The notes under the pieces are model-generated. The model was not told where the DNA came from. It searched no databases and saw only the letters and a list, made by a program, of their open reading frames with translations. Shown here one piece after another: positions 28,095 through 38,551 of a stretch of 53,745 nucleotides of DNA. The stretch is taken from IMG/VR virus record IMGVR_UViG_3300029258_002378, positions 1-53,745 of that record; one strand, given 5' to 3'. Position numbers and translations under genes: made by a program. How positions within the stretch are numbered: position 1 is the first letter of the stretch; every line of letters begins with the position of its first letter. This DNA is from a virus. Its lineage: Duplodnaviria; Caudoviricetes.

Positions 28095-28510
28095 TAGAGT
28101 GCCTCGATTGGTATTTGAAATACGCCGCTGATCCGAAAGTGCTGAAAGCCCTTAAAAAAAGGCAAAAACGCGGGCATGAAATCAAAGCACTAAGCGAGGC
28201 ACCGTCGCTCCCCGATTTCTTGATTCCATTTTGGGATGCTTTCTGGGATTTACATGAGAGGAGGCAGTCAACACAAATCCCTTCACCGATTCAAACGAGC
28301 GAAGTAGTTGCTTGGTTAGATTTACATGGGGTTGACCAATTCAACCTGCGACTCGAGTTCTATCGAATGATTCATGCGCTTGATGCCACGTGGTTGGCAC
28401 ATCTGTACGAAAAGATCAAGCCGAGATTGAAACATGCCGGTTCTACAAGTAGTCATCGATGCTCTCAAAGCAAAAGCGGGCGCAAGGCAGTTCAAAGGCG
28501 CCGCAGATAG
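28091..28510 (+). CDS. Tail assembly chaperone frameshift extension (T part of G-T)
   Basis: In the -1 frame of the chaperone; WDAFWDLHERR...I.ALD..WL pattern. Confidence 0.8.
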   Translation: MIECLDWYLKYAADPKVLKALKKRQKRGHEIKALSEAPSLPDFLIPFWDAFWDLHERRQSTQIPSPIQTSEVVAWLDLHGVDQFNLRLEFYRMIHALDATWLAHLYEKIKPRLKHAGSTSSHRCSQSKSGRKAVQRRRR

Positions 28511-31500
28511 TGTCAAACGGGGCGGTGACCAAATTCATCGCAGTGTGACACGAGCGGATAAAAGCATCGATCAACTAGGTCGTACTGCAAGTGGAACAAG
28601 GCGAATGCTCGGGGGATTATTCGCCGGCGTGAGCGCTGCCGTTATTGTCCGTGACATGACGAAGGTCATTCGTGGATATGAAGAAACGATCGCTATACTT
28701 CAGGGTGTTTCGGGCATTGTTGATAGTACAGACGTAAGACTTGCTGCGTTGCAAGATACTGCACGTACACTCGGTGCTACAACCCGTTTCTCAGCACAAG
28801 AAGCAGCAGAAGGACTGTTGTTCCTTGCTCGTGCAGGATTTGAAGTTGACGAGCAAGTTGCTGCCCTCCCGTCAACGCTACATCTTGCGCTTGCTGGTGT
28901 TCTCGAATTAGGACGTGCAGCGGATATTGCCTCCAACACATTGTCACAATTCGGGATGGCAGCGGTGGAAACAGAGCGTGTTGTTGATGCGCTTGTCATT
29001 ACGTCGAACCGAACGAATACGAACGTTGAACAACTCGCCGAGGCAATGAAAATGGCGGGGCCGATCGCTGGTGCACTTGGCTACACTATTGAGGATACAG
29101 CCGCTGCCATTGGTGTACTTGGTGATTTTGGTATTCAGGCGTCACTCGCCGGCACAAATCTACGAGGTACAATGTCGGCGCTTATGGAAAGGAGTGATAA
29201 ACTTGAAGCAGCGCTGAAAAAATTGGGATTGCGATTTGAGGATGTTAATCCCGAAGAGCATGACTTGTTGACTATTTATCAGCGATTCGCTGAAAGCGGT
29301 TTAAGGGCGAGTAATGCTGTTGAGATATTTGGTCGACGTAATGCTGCCGCTGCTCTCATCCTGTCTAAGCAGACCAAAAAACTTGAGGAACTTAGGGGAG
29401 AATTTATAGCAAATACGGGGGAAGCAGAACGGATGGCGAAGATCCAAGAAGATACGTTGACGGGTTCGTTTAAATCGCTCCGTTCATCAATTGAGGAAGC
29501 GTATTTGGCGATCGGGGAAGGGGGATTCGGAGGGGGGCTTCGAGCACTTATCGACATTATGACCAACACGGTCCGAGTGATCGTTGGCATGGATGATAAA
29601 GTCACTAAGTTTAGTACAACTGCTCGTGTCCTTGCCACTACGCTCGAAGTACTTACAAAAGCGCTCATTACGTTGTTGGCGTTGAAGATCGCAGTGTGGA
29701 TTTACGGAATTGTTACTGCACTCGAATCCCTGCGATTCACACTGTTTGCAATCCAGTACTTTGTCGTTACAAATCCACTGGGTGCGGTGGTAACAGGATT
29801 GGCCGCTGTTGTTGGTATGGCATGGTCGTATAAGTCGATCATTAGATCGTCGGCGTCTGCAACTAACGAGTATGCAGAAGAACTCAATAAACTAAATGAA
29901 GTGCTCGGACGAACGAAAAATCTTCAAACTCGATTAAATCGAGCAATTGCAATTGAAGATTTACGAGAGCAAGCAAACGTTATCGATGAGCAAGTTCGTC
30001 AACTTGAGGATTTGTCTATTGCTTGGCGTCAAGCAAATCGTATGTTTGTTCCCGCTGAGCAACTGTATGATGTAGGGTTGACAACCTCTCTTGCCGAACA
30101 GCGTAAAATGCTCGCTGAACTTGAGGATCAACTTGGTGATGCTAATAAAGCATGGCTAGCATTTAGAAATTCACAACAGACTAGTATAAATAGAAACACG
30201 TCGTTTATTGTATCGCAGATAGAACTCGATGACGCATTGAAGATGGTCGAGAACCGGATTATCGAGTTGAAGGAACAGTCAAAGGCCTTGAGGAGGGAAG
30301 CAGAAAAGACAAGTAAAGTAACGACTGAAGTTGCGGGTGATAATAGTAAGTATGCAAAGGCGGTTGCTCTTGCCCGTGATGAACTATCGAGAATGATCGA
30401 GGAATTGCAACTTGAGAATCAAGCGTTGCAAATGGGGGAACAAGATCGCGAGATGTTTATCCAAGCTCACAAGGCACTTGGTCTTGTGATGGCGGCGGAG
30501 GTTGAGAATGCCGGCGAATTGTATACTCGTATACTTCAATTGATTGATGCTAATAGGCGTTTGACTGAGGGAGAGGAAAAACGTCTTGAAGTTGAACGCG
30601 AATTGGGGCGGAGCCGAGCTGCATTTGAGGAGTGGATCAGTGATCTCCGAACTGAGAAATCACTTATTGGTGCATCCACTGAAGATCGCCGTGCAGTCAC
30701 TGCGCTTCGCCGTGCAGAAGCAATGGCAGCTCAAGATGCAACGGGATCGCTCGATCATTACGTTGATCAAGTAATTGAAGAAGTCGAGTCGATCAATCGA
30801 CTTACAATAGCACATGAGGCATTAAAGAAAGAGAAAGAGGCGGCAAAAGAAAAAGAGGAAGAGCGGGCGCGCTCGCTTGAGAATATTAACAAGACGCTCG
30901 ATGAGCAGATTGCACTAACTGGGATTGAGATCGAATACATCCTTGCGGAAAATTCGGCTCGTGAAGGTGCTATTACTGCATATCGAATCCAGCAGACATT
31001 GCAAGAGGCGGGGATCCAATTGACGGAAAAGGAACTTGAGTTATTACAGAGAAAACTTGAGTTACTCGTTAATATGAAACAACGAGAAGAAGATCTTCGT
31101 GAATTGGATATTGTTGCCAACCAAATGGGACGTGAATTTGCAGATGTACTTGAGGGAATGATATGGGAGGCGAAAAGCTTTGAGGATGCAATGAAACATA
31201 TGCTTATGAGCATTTCTCGTATGGTATTCCAACAGATGGTAACAAAGCCTATTACTGATATGGCATCTTCGTTCCTTTCTTCGATACTGACTGCTGGGAT
31301 GGCCGCGGGTGCAGGTGCAGGGGCAGCAAGTGCTCAAGGTAATATATTCTCAAACGGTCGTCTTGTTCCCTTTGCTCGAGGTGGAGTTGTATCATCCCCC
31401 ACTGTTTTCCCCATGGCTAATGGGGGCGTTGGATTATTGGGAGAAGCGGGACCCGAGGCAATTATGCCGTTAAAACGTGACACAAAGGGAAATCTTGGTA

Positions 31501-31634
31501 TTGTGGGCGGAGAGAAGTCAGAAATTCATATTCACGTTCACGGAGCAACAAATCCCAACGAATGGCGTCGTGGACAACGGAAAATTTTTGGCGATATCGA
31601 TAAACAACTAATGGCAGCACGTCGAGGAAGTTGA
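28434..31634 (+). CDS. Tape measure protein
   Basis: 1066 aa, helical; TP901-type core (LGATTRFSAQEAAEG, AGTNLR); C-terminal FARGGVV...GEAGPEAIMPL. Confidence 0.95.
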   Translation: MPVLQVVIDALKAKAGARQFKGAADSVKRGGDQIHRSVTRADKSIDQLGRTASGTRRMLGGLFAGVSAAVIVRDMTKVIRGYEETIAILQGVSGIVDSTDVRLAALQDTARTLGATTRFSAQEAAEGLLFLARAGFEVDEQVAALPSTLHLALAGVLELGRAADIASNTLSQFGMAAVETERVVDALVITSNRTNTNVEQLAEAMKMAGPIAGALGYTIEDTAAAIGVLGDFGIQASLAGTNLRGTMSALMERSDKLEAALKKLGLRFEDVNPEEHDLLTIYQRFAESGLRASNAVEIFGRRNAAAALILSKQTKKLEELRGEFIANTGEAERMAKIQEDTLTGSFKSLRSSIEEAYLAIGEGGFGGGLRALIDIMTNTVRVIVGMDDKVTKFSTTARVLATTLEVLTKALITLLALKIAVWIYGIVTALESLRFTLFAIQYFVVTNPLGAVVTGLAAVVGMAWSYKSIIRSSASATNEYAEELNKLNEVLGRTKNLQTRLNRAIAIEDLREQANVIDEQVRQLEDLSIAWRQANRMFVPAEQLYDVGLTTSLAEQRKMLAELEDQLGDANKAWLAFRNSQQTSINRNTSFIVSQIELDDALKMVENRIIELKEQSKALRREAEKTSKVTTEVAGDNSKYAKAVALARDELSRMIEELQLENQALQMGEQDREMFIQAHKALGLVMAAEVENAGELYTRILQLIDANRRLTEGEEKRLEVERELGRSRAAFEEWISDLRTEKSLIGASTEDRRAVTALRRAEAMAAQDATGSLDHYVDQVIEEVESINRLTIAHEALKKEKEAAKEKEEERARSLENINKTLDEQIALTGIEIEYILAENSAREGAITAYRIQQTLQEAGIQLTEKELELLQRKLELLVNMKQREEDLRELDIVANQMGREFADVLEGMIWEAKSFEDAMKHMLMSISRMVFQQMVTKPITDMASSFLSSILTAGMAAGAGAGAASAQGNIFSNGRLVPFARGGVVSSPTVFPMANGGVGLLGEAGPEAIMPLKRDTKGNLGIVGGEKSEIHIHVHGATNPNEWRRGQRKIFGDIDKQLMAARRGS

Positions 31635-31635
31635 T

Positions 31636-32826
31636 ATGAGTTTTCACGAAGTCGATTTTCCTGAGATTCCCGGTTACGGTACACAAGGGGGTCCCGGCTG
31701 GAAAACGGAAATCATTACCGTAGATAGTGGTGCAGAACAACGTGTATCTCGTTGGGCATCGCCTCGTCGTAGGTGGACGTTGAATTTGGAAAATCTCGAT
31801 CGAGATGATGCCGGTACATTGCTCGATTTTATTCAGGGACGGCAGGGTGCTGCTCATGGTTTTCGATTTAGTGATCCCGCTGATTACACGACATCAAGCG
31901 ATCACCGCTCTTCACCTGATGACCAGGATGTGCTTATCGGTACGGGAGATGGAAGCGATGTTACATTCCAACTCAAGAAAAATTATTACGACGGGTTGAC
32001 GACACGAGAGCGAACACTTACGAAAATTGTGGCAGGTACAACTGTTGTTTCACTCGATGGTGTTGCATCGATTGATCGAGAAGGAACAGTTACAAGTGGG
32101 GGCGGTGGAACAACGCTCGTGGATAGTGCAGCAACGTTCCAAACATGGGGGATTCGTGTTGGACAAGTAATCTCAAATGATGATGATGGGTCTACAGGCG
32201 TTGTTGAATCCGTTGACTCAGAAACACAAATCACTCACTCGGCGCTCAGCGGTGGTACGGAGAATGACTGGGATGTTGACGAAGCGTACACAATCCACAA
32301 AGGATGGTCGGTGAATACTGCTACGGGGTTGGTGACCTTTACGACTGCGCCATTGGAGGGTGTTGAGATAAAAGCGGGATGTCAATTTTTAGTTCCCGCT
32401 CGATTCGGAGATACAGTCGATGAACTCCTTGGGATGCATTTTACTGAGTTCGATATTCGCAACTTTTCAATAGAAGTTGTTGAATTACTTGAGGAGGGTG
32501 AGCATCCCGAATCGTTTTTCTATGGGGGGTCTACACGTATTTATCCGTGGAGCAGCATAACGTTATCAGTAATTGAAGGACGAGTGGTTTATCTTGATCC
32601 TCAACAAGCGGGTTTGAATTGCTATTTACCCGTAAAATCACTGATTGCTCCAGGCGGGGGTGCGCCGATCATGTACCTCATCAACGGATCAGATTCCATT
32701 GATATTTCTATTCGTGAACACGCAGATGATGGTGGTGCATTTCTTTTTACTTTATCCGCAGAGCAAACCGCTGTGATGTTACTGTCATATGATGGGCTTT
32801 CAACTTATACGTGGCATGCAAAATGA
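31636..32826 (+). CDS. Distal tail protein (DUF2460-like) with internal insertion and extra C-terminal domain
   Basis: MSFHEVDFP, GGPGWKT, EQRVSRW, GFRFSDPAD and F.VPARF motifs. Confidence 0.88.
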   Translation: MSFHEVDFPEIPGYGTQGGPGWKTEIITVDSGAEQRVSRWASPRRRWTLNLENLDRDDAGTLLDFIQGRQGAAHGFRFSDPADYTTSSDHRSSPDDQDVLIGTGDGSDVTFQLKKNYYDGLTTRERTLTKIVAGTTVVSLDGVASIDREGTVTSGGGGTTLVDSAATFQTWGIRVGQVISNDDDGSTGVVESVDSETQITHSALSGGTENDWDVDEAYTIHKGWSVNTATGLVTFTTAPLEGVEIKAGCQFLVPARFGDTVDELLGMHFTEFDIRNFSIEVVELLEEGEHPESFFYGGSTRIYPWSSITLSVIEGRVVYLDPQQAGLNCYLPVKSLIAPGGGAPIMYLINGSDSIDISIREHADDGGAFLFTLSAEQTAVMLLSYDGLSTYTWHAK

Positions 32827-33392
32827 TTAGTCGAGAACAATTTTTTGGCGGAGCGTATGAAGTCGCTTTAACGGGTGATGCTGATGTTATTCTCGGCAAT
32901 GGTCGCGTACAAGTGTTTACGCCCGATGCCAATGGATATACCATCTATTTGCCTCAAGCGACGTTTGGGGGTCCTAAGCATCCCCTCCATGCCGGGGGTC
33001 CTGTATTTTACTTGTGCAATAATGGGGTTGTTGGCCATGATATTACGGTCAAAGAGAAATCAACGGGACTAACAATTGGGACGCTTGCTGCGGATAACAT
33101 TTGTACGGTTTTTCTTGTAAAAACCGATGGGTGGGTTGATAGCGTCCAATCGGAAATAATTACGTGGGAGATGGATTGTGCAAATGACTTAGTTAATATC
33201 AGCGGAACAACAACGCCCTCTGCAACAACAACTCCAGGTACGACACCTAGTTGGTCACATACACAACCAGCAACTACATGGTGGACAACAAACACAACAA
33301 GTACAACAATATCCGCAATGACTGATGGGGGTGAATTTACAGTGTACGGTGGAAACTTGTTTGAGTGGCCTATGATTGAGGAAGGAATGTAA
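32823..33392 (+). CDS. Putative tail protein with Thr/Pro-rich mucin-like segment
   Basis: ATGA-coupled to the distal tail gene; N-terminal domain resembles that protein's C-terminal domain; SGTTTPSATTTPGTTPS...TTNTTSTT. Confidence 0.8.
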   Translation: MISREQFFGGAYEVALTGDADVILGNGRVQVFTPDANGYTIYLPQATFGGPKHPLHAGGPVFYLCNNGVVGHDITVKEKSTGLTIGTLAADNICTVFLVKTDGWVDSVQSEIITWEMDCANDLVNISGTTTPSATTTPGTTPSWSHTQPATTWWTTNTTSTTISAMTDGGEFTVYGGNLFEWPMIEEGM

Positions 33393-34906
33393 TGCGAACT
33401 TCAGTAGTTATTGTCACAAAAGACGAAGGCAGAGACCTTGAAGCAACAGTCGCTTTGTGTGGCGCATCGGAGCCCAGGCCATACGAGATTATTGTAGTTG
33501 ACGATCATTGCCATACAAGTGTCCAGTCTCGTATGGGATCATTCCCCTATGTCCAAGTTGTCAAACCACCGATACAACTTGGTGCTGGCCCCGCAAAGCA
33601 ATTTGGTGTAGAGCATACAACTGGGGATATTATTGTCATCCTTGATTCTCATATGCGAGTCCCTTATTACTGGCTCGAATTAGTAGAAGAGGCTTGCAAG
33701 ATTTTCCCCATGTCGGCATTTTGTCCGACATGCCGAGGATTTGATCTTCGTAAAGGTATGATTGGCGCGGGGGCCGAATACATCCGTCGAACAGAAGAAC
33801 CCGGCGATTTTTTCTTGATGCGGAATTGGTGTAAGCGTGGCAAACTCGATGAAATTGATCGTGTGCCTTGCCTATTAGGGGCATGCTACATATTTCCGCG
33901 TCGAGTGTGGGAGGGTATTGGGGGGTTCAACCCGAATCTAATCGGATGGGGAATGGGTGAACAAGATTTGTCAATGCGACTGTGGTTATTGGGCTACGAG
34001 GTAAGACGTATTAATCTCCTCACTGTTGCCCATCACTTCGGGCGGAATTTGCCTCCATCTCAACGCATGAACTCGTGGCATCGTGACTATAACATGATTG
34101 TGGTTGCAGCAACGCTTTTCGAGGATGGTGTATTTGAAGAGCTCTACGAACCGTTCATGCAAGAGTTACTTAAGCGTCGTGCGTGGGATGAATTTGAATC
34201 TCGTCTCCCCCAAGTCATCAAATACAAGGAGGAATTCAGGAGTCGCGTGCTTGTGCATGAGGGTCGGCTCAATGCACTCTGTGGATATCGACATCCGACG
34301 GTTGAAGAGCAACGTCGTGCTGTGGATGCTATTGTTCGCAACCATGCAAATCAGAGACGTCAAATTTCAAAGGTAGTTACGTATAATCCATGGAGTCTCG
34401 AGCCGAAACAACGACGGGCAGTACTTAACGCATTGCCACCAAATGGTCGGATGCTTGAGTGGGGCGTTGGCGATACGACGAAGTGGTTCCGTGAACGACT
34501 ATTGCCCGAGCAAGAACTTGTGTCTATCGAACATGATCCTGAGTGGGCATTGAAATTCCCTGGAACAGTGTTGCATGAAGTCGAGACCGTTGGTTATGCA
34601 GGACCAGGCACAGTTCACGAATCGGTTAAGGGGATCGACGGCATTTATCTTGGACAGGACCTACCGTACATTCGCGCTGTCGATGACGGGCAAAAATTTG
34701 ATGTTATCCTTGTTGATGGTGTGCTTCGAAATGCGTGTCTTATTCGTGCAGCAGAGTTGTTAAAACCGGGGGGTCGTGTATTTCTCCACGATGCACAGCG
34801 AAGGGTGTATATGGCGGGGATGAAGGGATTTGACTGGGAACGTCGAATTAAAGCCGAATATAAGGGGAGTGAAGCACATCTTGATGAAGGGAAACTTCGC
34901 CAATGA
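33392..34906 (+). CDS. GT-A glycosyltransferase (ppGalNAc-T-like) fused to a class I SAM-dependent methyltransferase
   Basis: SVVIV, EIIVVDD, ILDSH, WG.GEQDLSMRLW and VAHHF; then MLEWGVG, SIEHD..W, FDVILVDG and LKPGG..FLHD. Confidence 0.9.
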   Translation: MRTSVVIVTKDEGRDLEATVALCGASEPRPYEIIVVDDHCHTSVQSRMGSFPYVQVVKPPIQLGAGPAKQFGVEHTTGDIIVILDSHMRVPYYWLELVEEACKIFPMSAFCPTCRGFDLRKGMIGAGAEYIRRTEEPGDFFLMRNWCKRGKLDEIDRVPCLLGACYIFPRRVWEGIGGFNPNLIGWGMGEQDLSMRLWLLGYEVRRINLLTVAHHFGRNLPPSQRMNSWHRDYNMIVVAATLFEDGVFEELYEPFMQELLKRRAWDEFESRLPQVIKYKEEFRSRVLVHEGRLNALCGYRHPTVEEQRRAVDAIVRNHANQRRQISKVVTYNPWSLEPKQRRAVLNALPPNGRMLEWGVGDTTKWFRERLLPEQELVSIEHDPEWALKFPGTVLHEVETVGYAGPGTVHESVKGIDGIYLGQDLPYIRAVDDGQKFDVILVDGVLRNACLIRAAELLKPGGRVFLHDAQRRVYMAGMKGFDWERRIKAEYKGSEAHLDEGKLRQ

Positions 34907-35745
34907 TCCCGCTACGTAATGAACTGCTACTGTTTGTCAAAGGTACGGTGCATCGCTATGCAACGTTATGGGAAATCGAACGGGTTGACGAGACGAAGTT
35001 TAGGTTTACAGATCACAGCCATACGATTGACTATGGTGGTTATCTTTTTGTGCCAACAGGGGGGTTTAATGCTTCGGCCATTGAGTATCCCGTGAACTTT
35101 GCAACCGCGGGGTTTGAGTCGATGGGTTTAGTGACATCAGACGCAATTACTCAAGAAGATTTACGTGCCGGGAAATTCCATCATGCCAAAGTGACCAGGC
35201 GCATTGTTGATTGGTTGTATCCATGGGCAGGATTCATTCGTAAGGATGTTTTCTGGATTACCAATATTCGATACAATGAATCGGTGTGGTACGCGGAATT
35301 TTCGGGGTTAACGAATCGATTGAAACGTCGGCGGGGGAGCGTCTATTCATCAACTTGCCGACATCGTCTTGGTGATAGTAACTGTGGCGTAACACTAAGT
35401 TCGTATAAAACAGCGGGGGCAGCAGTTACTGCAATTACAACACAGCGAAAGGATTTTGAGACAGATCTAACGGAGGAGGATAACTATTTCAGTTATGGCT
35501 ATATCGAATGGTTGACGGGCGAAAATGCGGGACTTTCGCATGAGGTATCTAAATCGTACTTATCAAATGGTCGATTGGTACTTCATCTGTCCACTGAATT
35601 CGATATTGCTGTGGGTGATACATTCGATGCATACGCTGGCTGTAATAAACAGTTTAGTACGTGCGGGACGAAATTCAACAATGCAGTCAACTTCGGTGGA
35701 TTCCCATGGATCCCCGGACCATTTAACGCATATCAACCAAGATGA
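34903..35745 (+). CDS. Baseplate hub protein (DUF2163/BR0599-like)
   Basis: FTDH, CRHRLGDSNC, GCNK..STC..KFNNAVNFGGFPWIPG. Confidence 0.9.
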   Translation: MIPLRNELLLFVKGTVHRYATLWEIERVDETKFRFTDHSHTIDYGGYLFVPTGGFNASAIEYPVNFATAGFESMGLVTSDAITQEDLRAGKFHHAKVTRRIVDWLYPWAGFIRKDVFWITNIRYNESVWYAEFSGLTNRLKRRRGSVYSSTCRHRLGDSNCGVTLSSYKTAGAAVTAITTQRKDFETDLTEEDNYFSYGYIEWLTGENAGLSHEVSKSYLSNGRLVLHLSTEFDIAVGDTFDAYAGCNKQFSTCGTKFNNAVNFGGFPWIPGPFNAYQPR

Positions 35746-36170
35746 TTACTCGTCAGGCTATCGTGGATAAAGCTCGGGAATATCTCGACACGCCGTTTCA
35801 CCACCTCGGTCGACAGAAGGGCGTAGGTATTGATTGTATTGGTCTTGCAATATGTGTGGCGCAGGAATTGGGATTGTCATGGGATGAAGAACATTACGAT
35901 CGTCACCCAAAACCGGGATTATTGCTTCGTCGATTACGTGAGACACTTCAGGAAAAACCACTCAATGAACGACTTCCCGGTGATCTCGTTGTTTTTTGGA
36001 TTCGGCATACGAGTGATGATTGCCATTGTGGTATTGTCACGGATAGAGGATTTGTGCATACATACTATGATCCTAACCGAGTCAATAGTCGTGTGACGGA
36101 AGTTGAGCTTGTATCGTTCTGGGAAGAGCGTTTGCTCGCATGTTTCAAGTATCCTGAGGTGATTGACTGA
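35742..36170 (+). CDS. NlpC/P60 tail-associated peptidase
   Basis: AREYLDTPFHHLGR..GVGIDCIGL, PGD, HCGI and FVH motifs. Confidence 0.92.
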   Translation: MITRQAIVDKAREYLDTPFHHLGRQKGVGIDCIGLAICVAQELGLSWDEEHYDRHPKPGLLLRRLRETLQEKPLNERLPGDLVVFWIRHTSDDCHCGIVTDRGFVHTYYDPNRVNSRVTEVELVSFWEERLLACFKYPEVID

Positions 36171-38551
36171 TGGCAACTTTAGCATTTGGTGCTGTTGGTA
36201 CTGCTATTGCCGGTCCAATTGGCGGAATGATTGGCGCGGGAATTGGTAGTTACATCGATCAAGCGTTTTTGTTTCCTGCTATTTTCGATGAAGATCGTTC
36301 AATTACGAATGAGCAGCATTTCGGCCAGGAAAAACTGTCTGACTTCAATATGACGTACTCATCCGAGGGCTCTCCAATGTCGTGGGGAACGGGACGTCGC
36401 ATGGTTGTTCCGGGAACAATTATTTGGATGAGCAAACCGTACAAAATTACAACGGTTATTGTTCATCAGACTGAGCAGGGGGGCGGAGGTAAAGGGGGCG
36501 GAGGGGGTAGTACTACATCAACTTCGACATCGTACACTCATACATGGTATGTGGATGTTGCTGTTGCAATTGCTGAGGGGACTGTCGATCGTGTTGCTCG
36601 TGTCTTTGCAAACAATAGGACGATCTGGCGGGATAGAGGCGGGGGAGATACAGTAAAAAGTGGTTGGGTACAGTCGGTTCATCGATATAGGGGAACGACT
36701 GGACAATCAGCTGATTCTTGGATTGATGCAGCAGTTGATGGCACAATTCCCGCTTTTAGGAAAACGTCATACATTGTGCTAAAAAAGCTTTGTATCAGTA
36801 AAACAGGCAATCAGATGCCAAGATTTTCACTTGGTCTTGATGTCGATGAAGATGCTATGTTAACTGATGCAATTGCAGCAATCCTTAGTCGGGGTGGTGT
36901 TGAGGCTGGTGAGTATGACATTAGCAGTACACTTGATAGTATTAAGGCATGGGGTATTGTTTTATCAGGACCTCAACCACCAATCAAAGCACTTGAAACA
37001 CTTGCTCTTGCCTATGATCTCATGGGATATGAAAAGAGCGGTAAATTGCACATCATCAAGTCATCAGATTCGACAAGCATCACTGTAGATTCTGACCATT
37101 TGGCTGCTCATTTGTATGGAGAGCAGCCCCCACCTATGCTTGAAATCAATGATAAGCCTGATGATGAACTAGCATCTCAAGTGTCAGTAACTGCTGGCAA
37201 AACGGGGTTTACGAACAATACCACATCTGCGTATGCAAGTCGTCAACTAAAGACGGATGGACCACATCGAAAAATTACGCTCGATGCTCAACTTGGATCG
37301 GGACAAGTTCGCGTAATCGCAGATCGAGTGTTATGGAAGGAATGGGAGGATCGACGATCAGCGACATTGTATCTGCCTCCATCATACATCGACATTACTC
37401 CAACTGATTTACTTAGCATTGAAGATTCAGATGGTGAGGGATTTACAGGGCTTGTCACCAAAGTTGATATGTCACCTGACTTTAGAATACGTGTTGAGGT
37501 TATTCTTAGAACTGTCGAGACTATTGACTTTGTGGATGATGACACTGAAGACGACGATGACGGTGACGATCCCTATACCGGCGGGACGGGTGTGCTTGCG
37601 ACAATCGATGGCCCTGCGCTTCAAGAAAGTCAAAACGTTATTCCTGGATTTTACATGGCTGCATGTCTCGAAGAGGGGAGTGAAGAATGGGACGGATTGG
37701 TTGCGTACATTTCGGATGATGATTCGACATTCAGTTACTATGAACCGTTTCCGCATGAGGCATATATCGGCAAGACGACTGATGCACTTGGTGATATGAA
37801 TGAATCAGAAGGGCGGATTTGGGATCGAATTAATACAGTCAACGTCGATATGTACGAAGGGGAATTGACAACTCGTACTGAAGCAGAAATACTAAATGGG
37901 GCCAATCGTGCGTTCATCTACGCGGATGGTTCATGGGAACTGATTGGATTTGTTACTGCCACACTTGAAGGAGATGGGACATATACGCTTTCAACTTTGC
38001 TGCGTGGAATACGTGATACATTCGATGAAATGGATGACCACGCTATTGATGATACATTTGTACTTCTTGCTGAAGCGTATATGGCATTCCGTGATTTCAG
38101 TATTGGTGAGATTGGTGAAACAAAGTACTTTAAACCAGTACCAGCGTTTGTCGATGAGTCAGACGTTTCGTCGTTCAGCGATACACTTGACGCTCGAAAC
38201 TTACGTCCTTTCCCTGTAACTCGTGTGCAAGGATCTCGAGATGCCTCAAATAATCTTACAATAACGTGGAAGGCAGTAACACGATCACTTGTTCCGATCT
38301 TTAGAAAAACAACTGCGCCACTTCAACATCCAACTGATATTACGGGATATGAGATTGATGTGATGGATGGCGTAGATGTCGTTCGTACAATTACGATAAG
38401 CGGGGCAAACACAGAGACAGCGAGTTACACGGCTGCTCAACAATCAGCGGACGGGTTTACCCCCGGTAATGTCATTAACGCAATCGACTTCGAGATCTAC
38501 CAAATGTCTAGTATATATGGACGTGGTAGGAAAAAGGAGGCCACGTTATGA
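36170..38551 (+). CDS. Central tail tip / host-specificity protein (GTA-like)
   Basis: GTIIW, GGGKGG, YVDVAVAIAEG, PAFR, LNGANRA and LSTLLRG motifs. Confidence 0.88.
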   Translation: MATLAFGAVGTAIAGPIGGMIGAGIGSYIDQAFLFPAIFDEDRSITNEQHFGQEKLSDFNMTYSSEGSPMSWGTGRRMVVPGTIIWMSKPYKITTVIVHQTEQGGGGKGGGGGSTTSTSTSYTHTWYVDVAVAIAEGTVDRVARVFANNRTIWRDRGGGDTVKSGWVQSVHRYRGTTGQSADSWIDAAVDGTIPAFRKTSYIVLKKLCISKTGNQMPRFSLGLDVDEDAMLTDAIAAILSRGGVEAGEYDISSTLDSIKAWGIVLSGPQPPIKALETLALAYDLMGYEKSGKLHIIKSSDSTSITVDSDHLAAHLYGEQPPPMLEINDKPDDELASQVSVTAGKTGFTNNTTSAYASRQLKTDGPHRKITLDAQLGSGQVRVIADRVLWKEWEDRRSATLYLPPSYIDITPTDLLSIEDSDGEGFTGLVTKVDMSPDFRIRVEVILRTVETIDFVDDDTEDDDDGDDPYTGGTGVLATIDGPALQESQNVIPGFYMAACLEEGSEEWDGLVAYISDDDSTFSYYEPFPHEAYIGKTTDALGDMNESEGRIWDRINTVNVDMYEGELTTRTEAEILNGANRAFIYADGSWELIGFVTATLEGDGTYTLSTLLRGIRDTFDEMDDHAIDDTFVLLAEAYMAFRDFSIGEIGETKYFKPVPAFVDESDVSSFSDTLDARNLRPFPVTRVQGSRDASNNLTITWKAVTRSLVPIFRKTTAPLQHPTDITGYEIDVMDGVDVVRTITISGANTETASYTAAQQSADGFTPGNVINAIDFEIYQMSSIYGRGRKKEATL

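Noticed and set aside
33392-34906. Glycosyltransferase as the DNA hmC-glycosylating enzyme
   Set aside because: It sits in the late tail operon far from the modification cluster and has peptide-GalNAc-T-like motifs; kept only as a less likely alternative.
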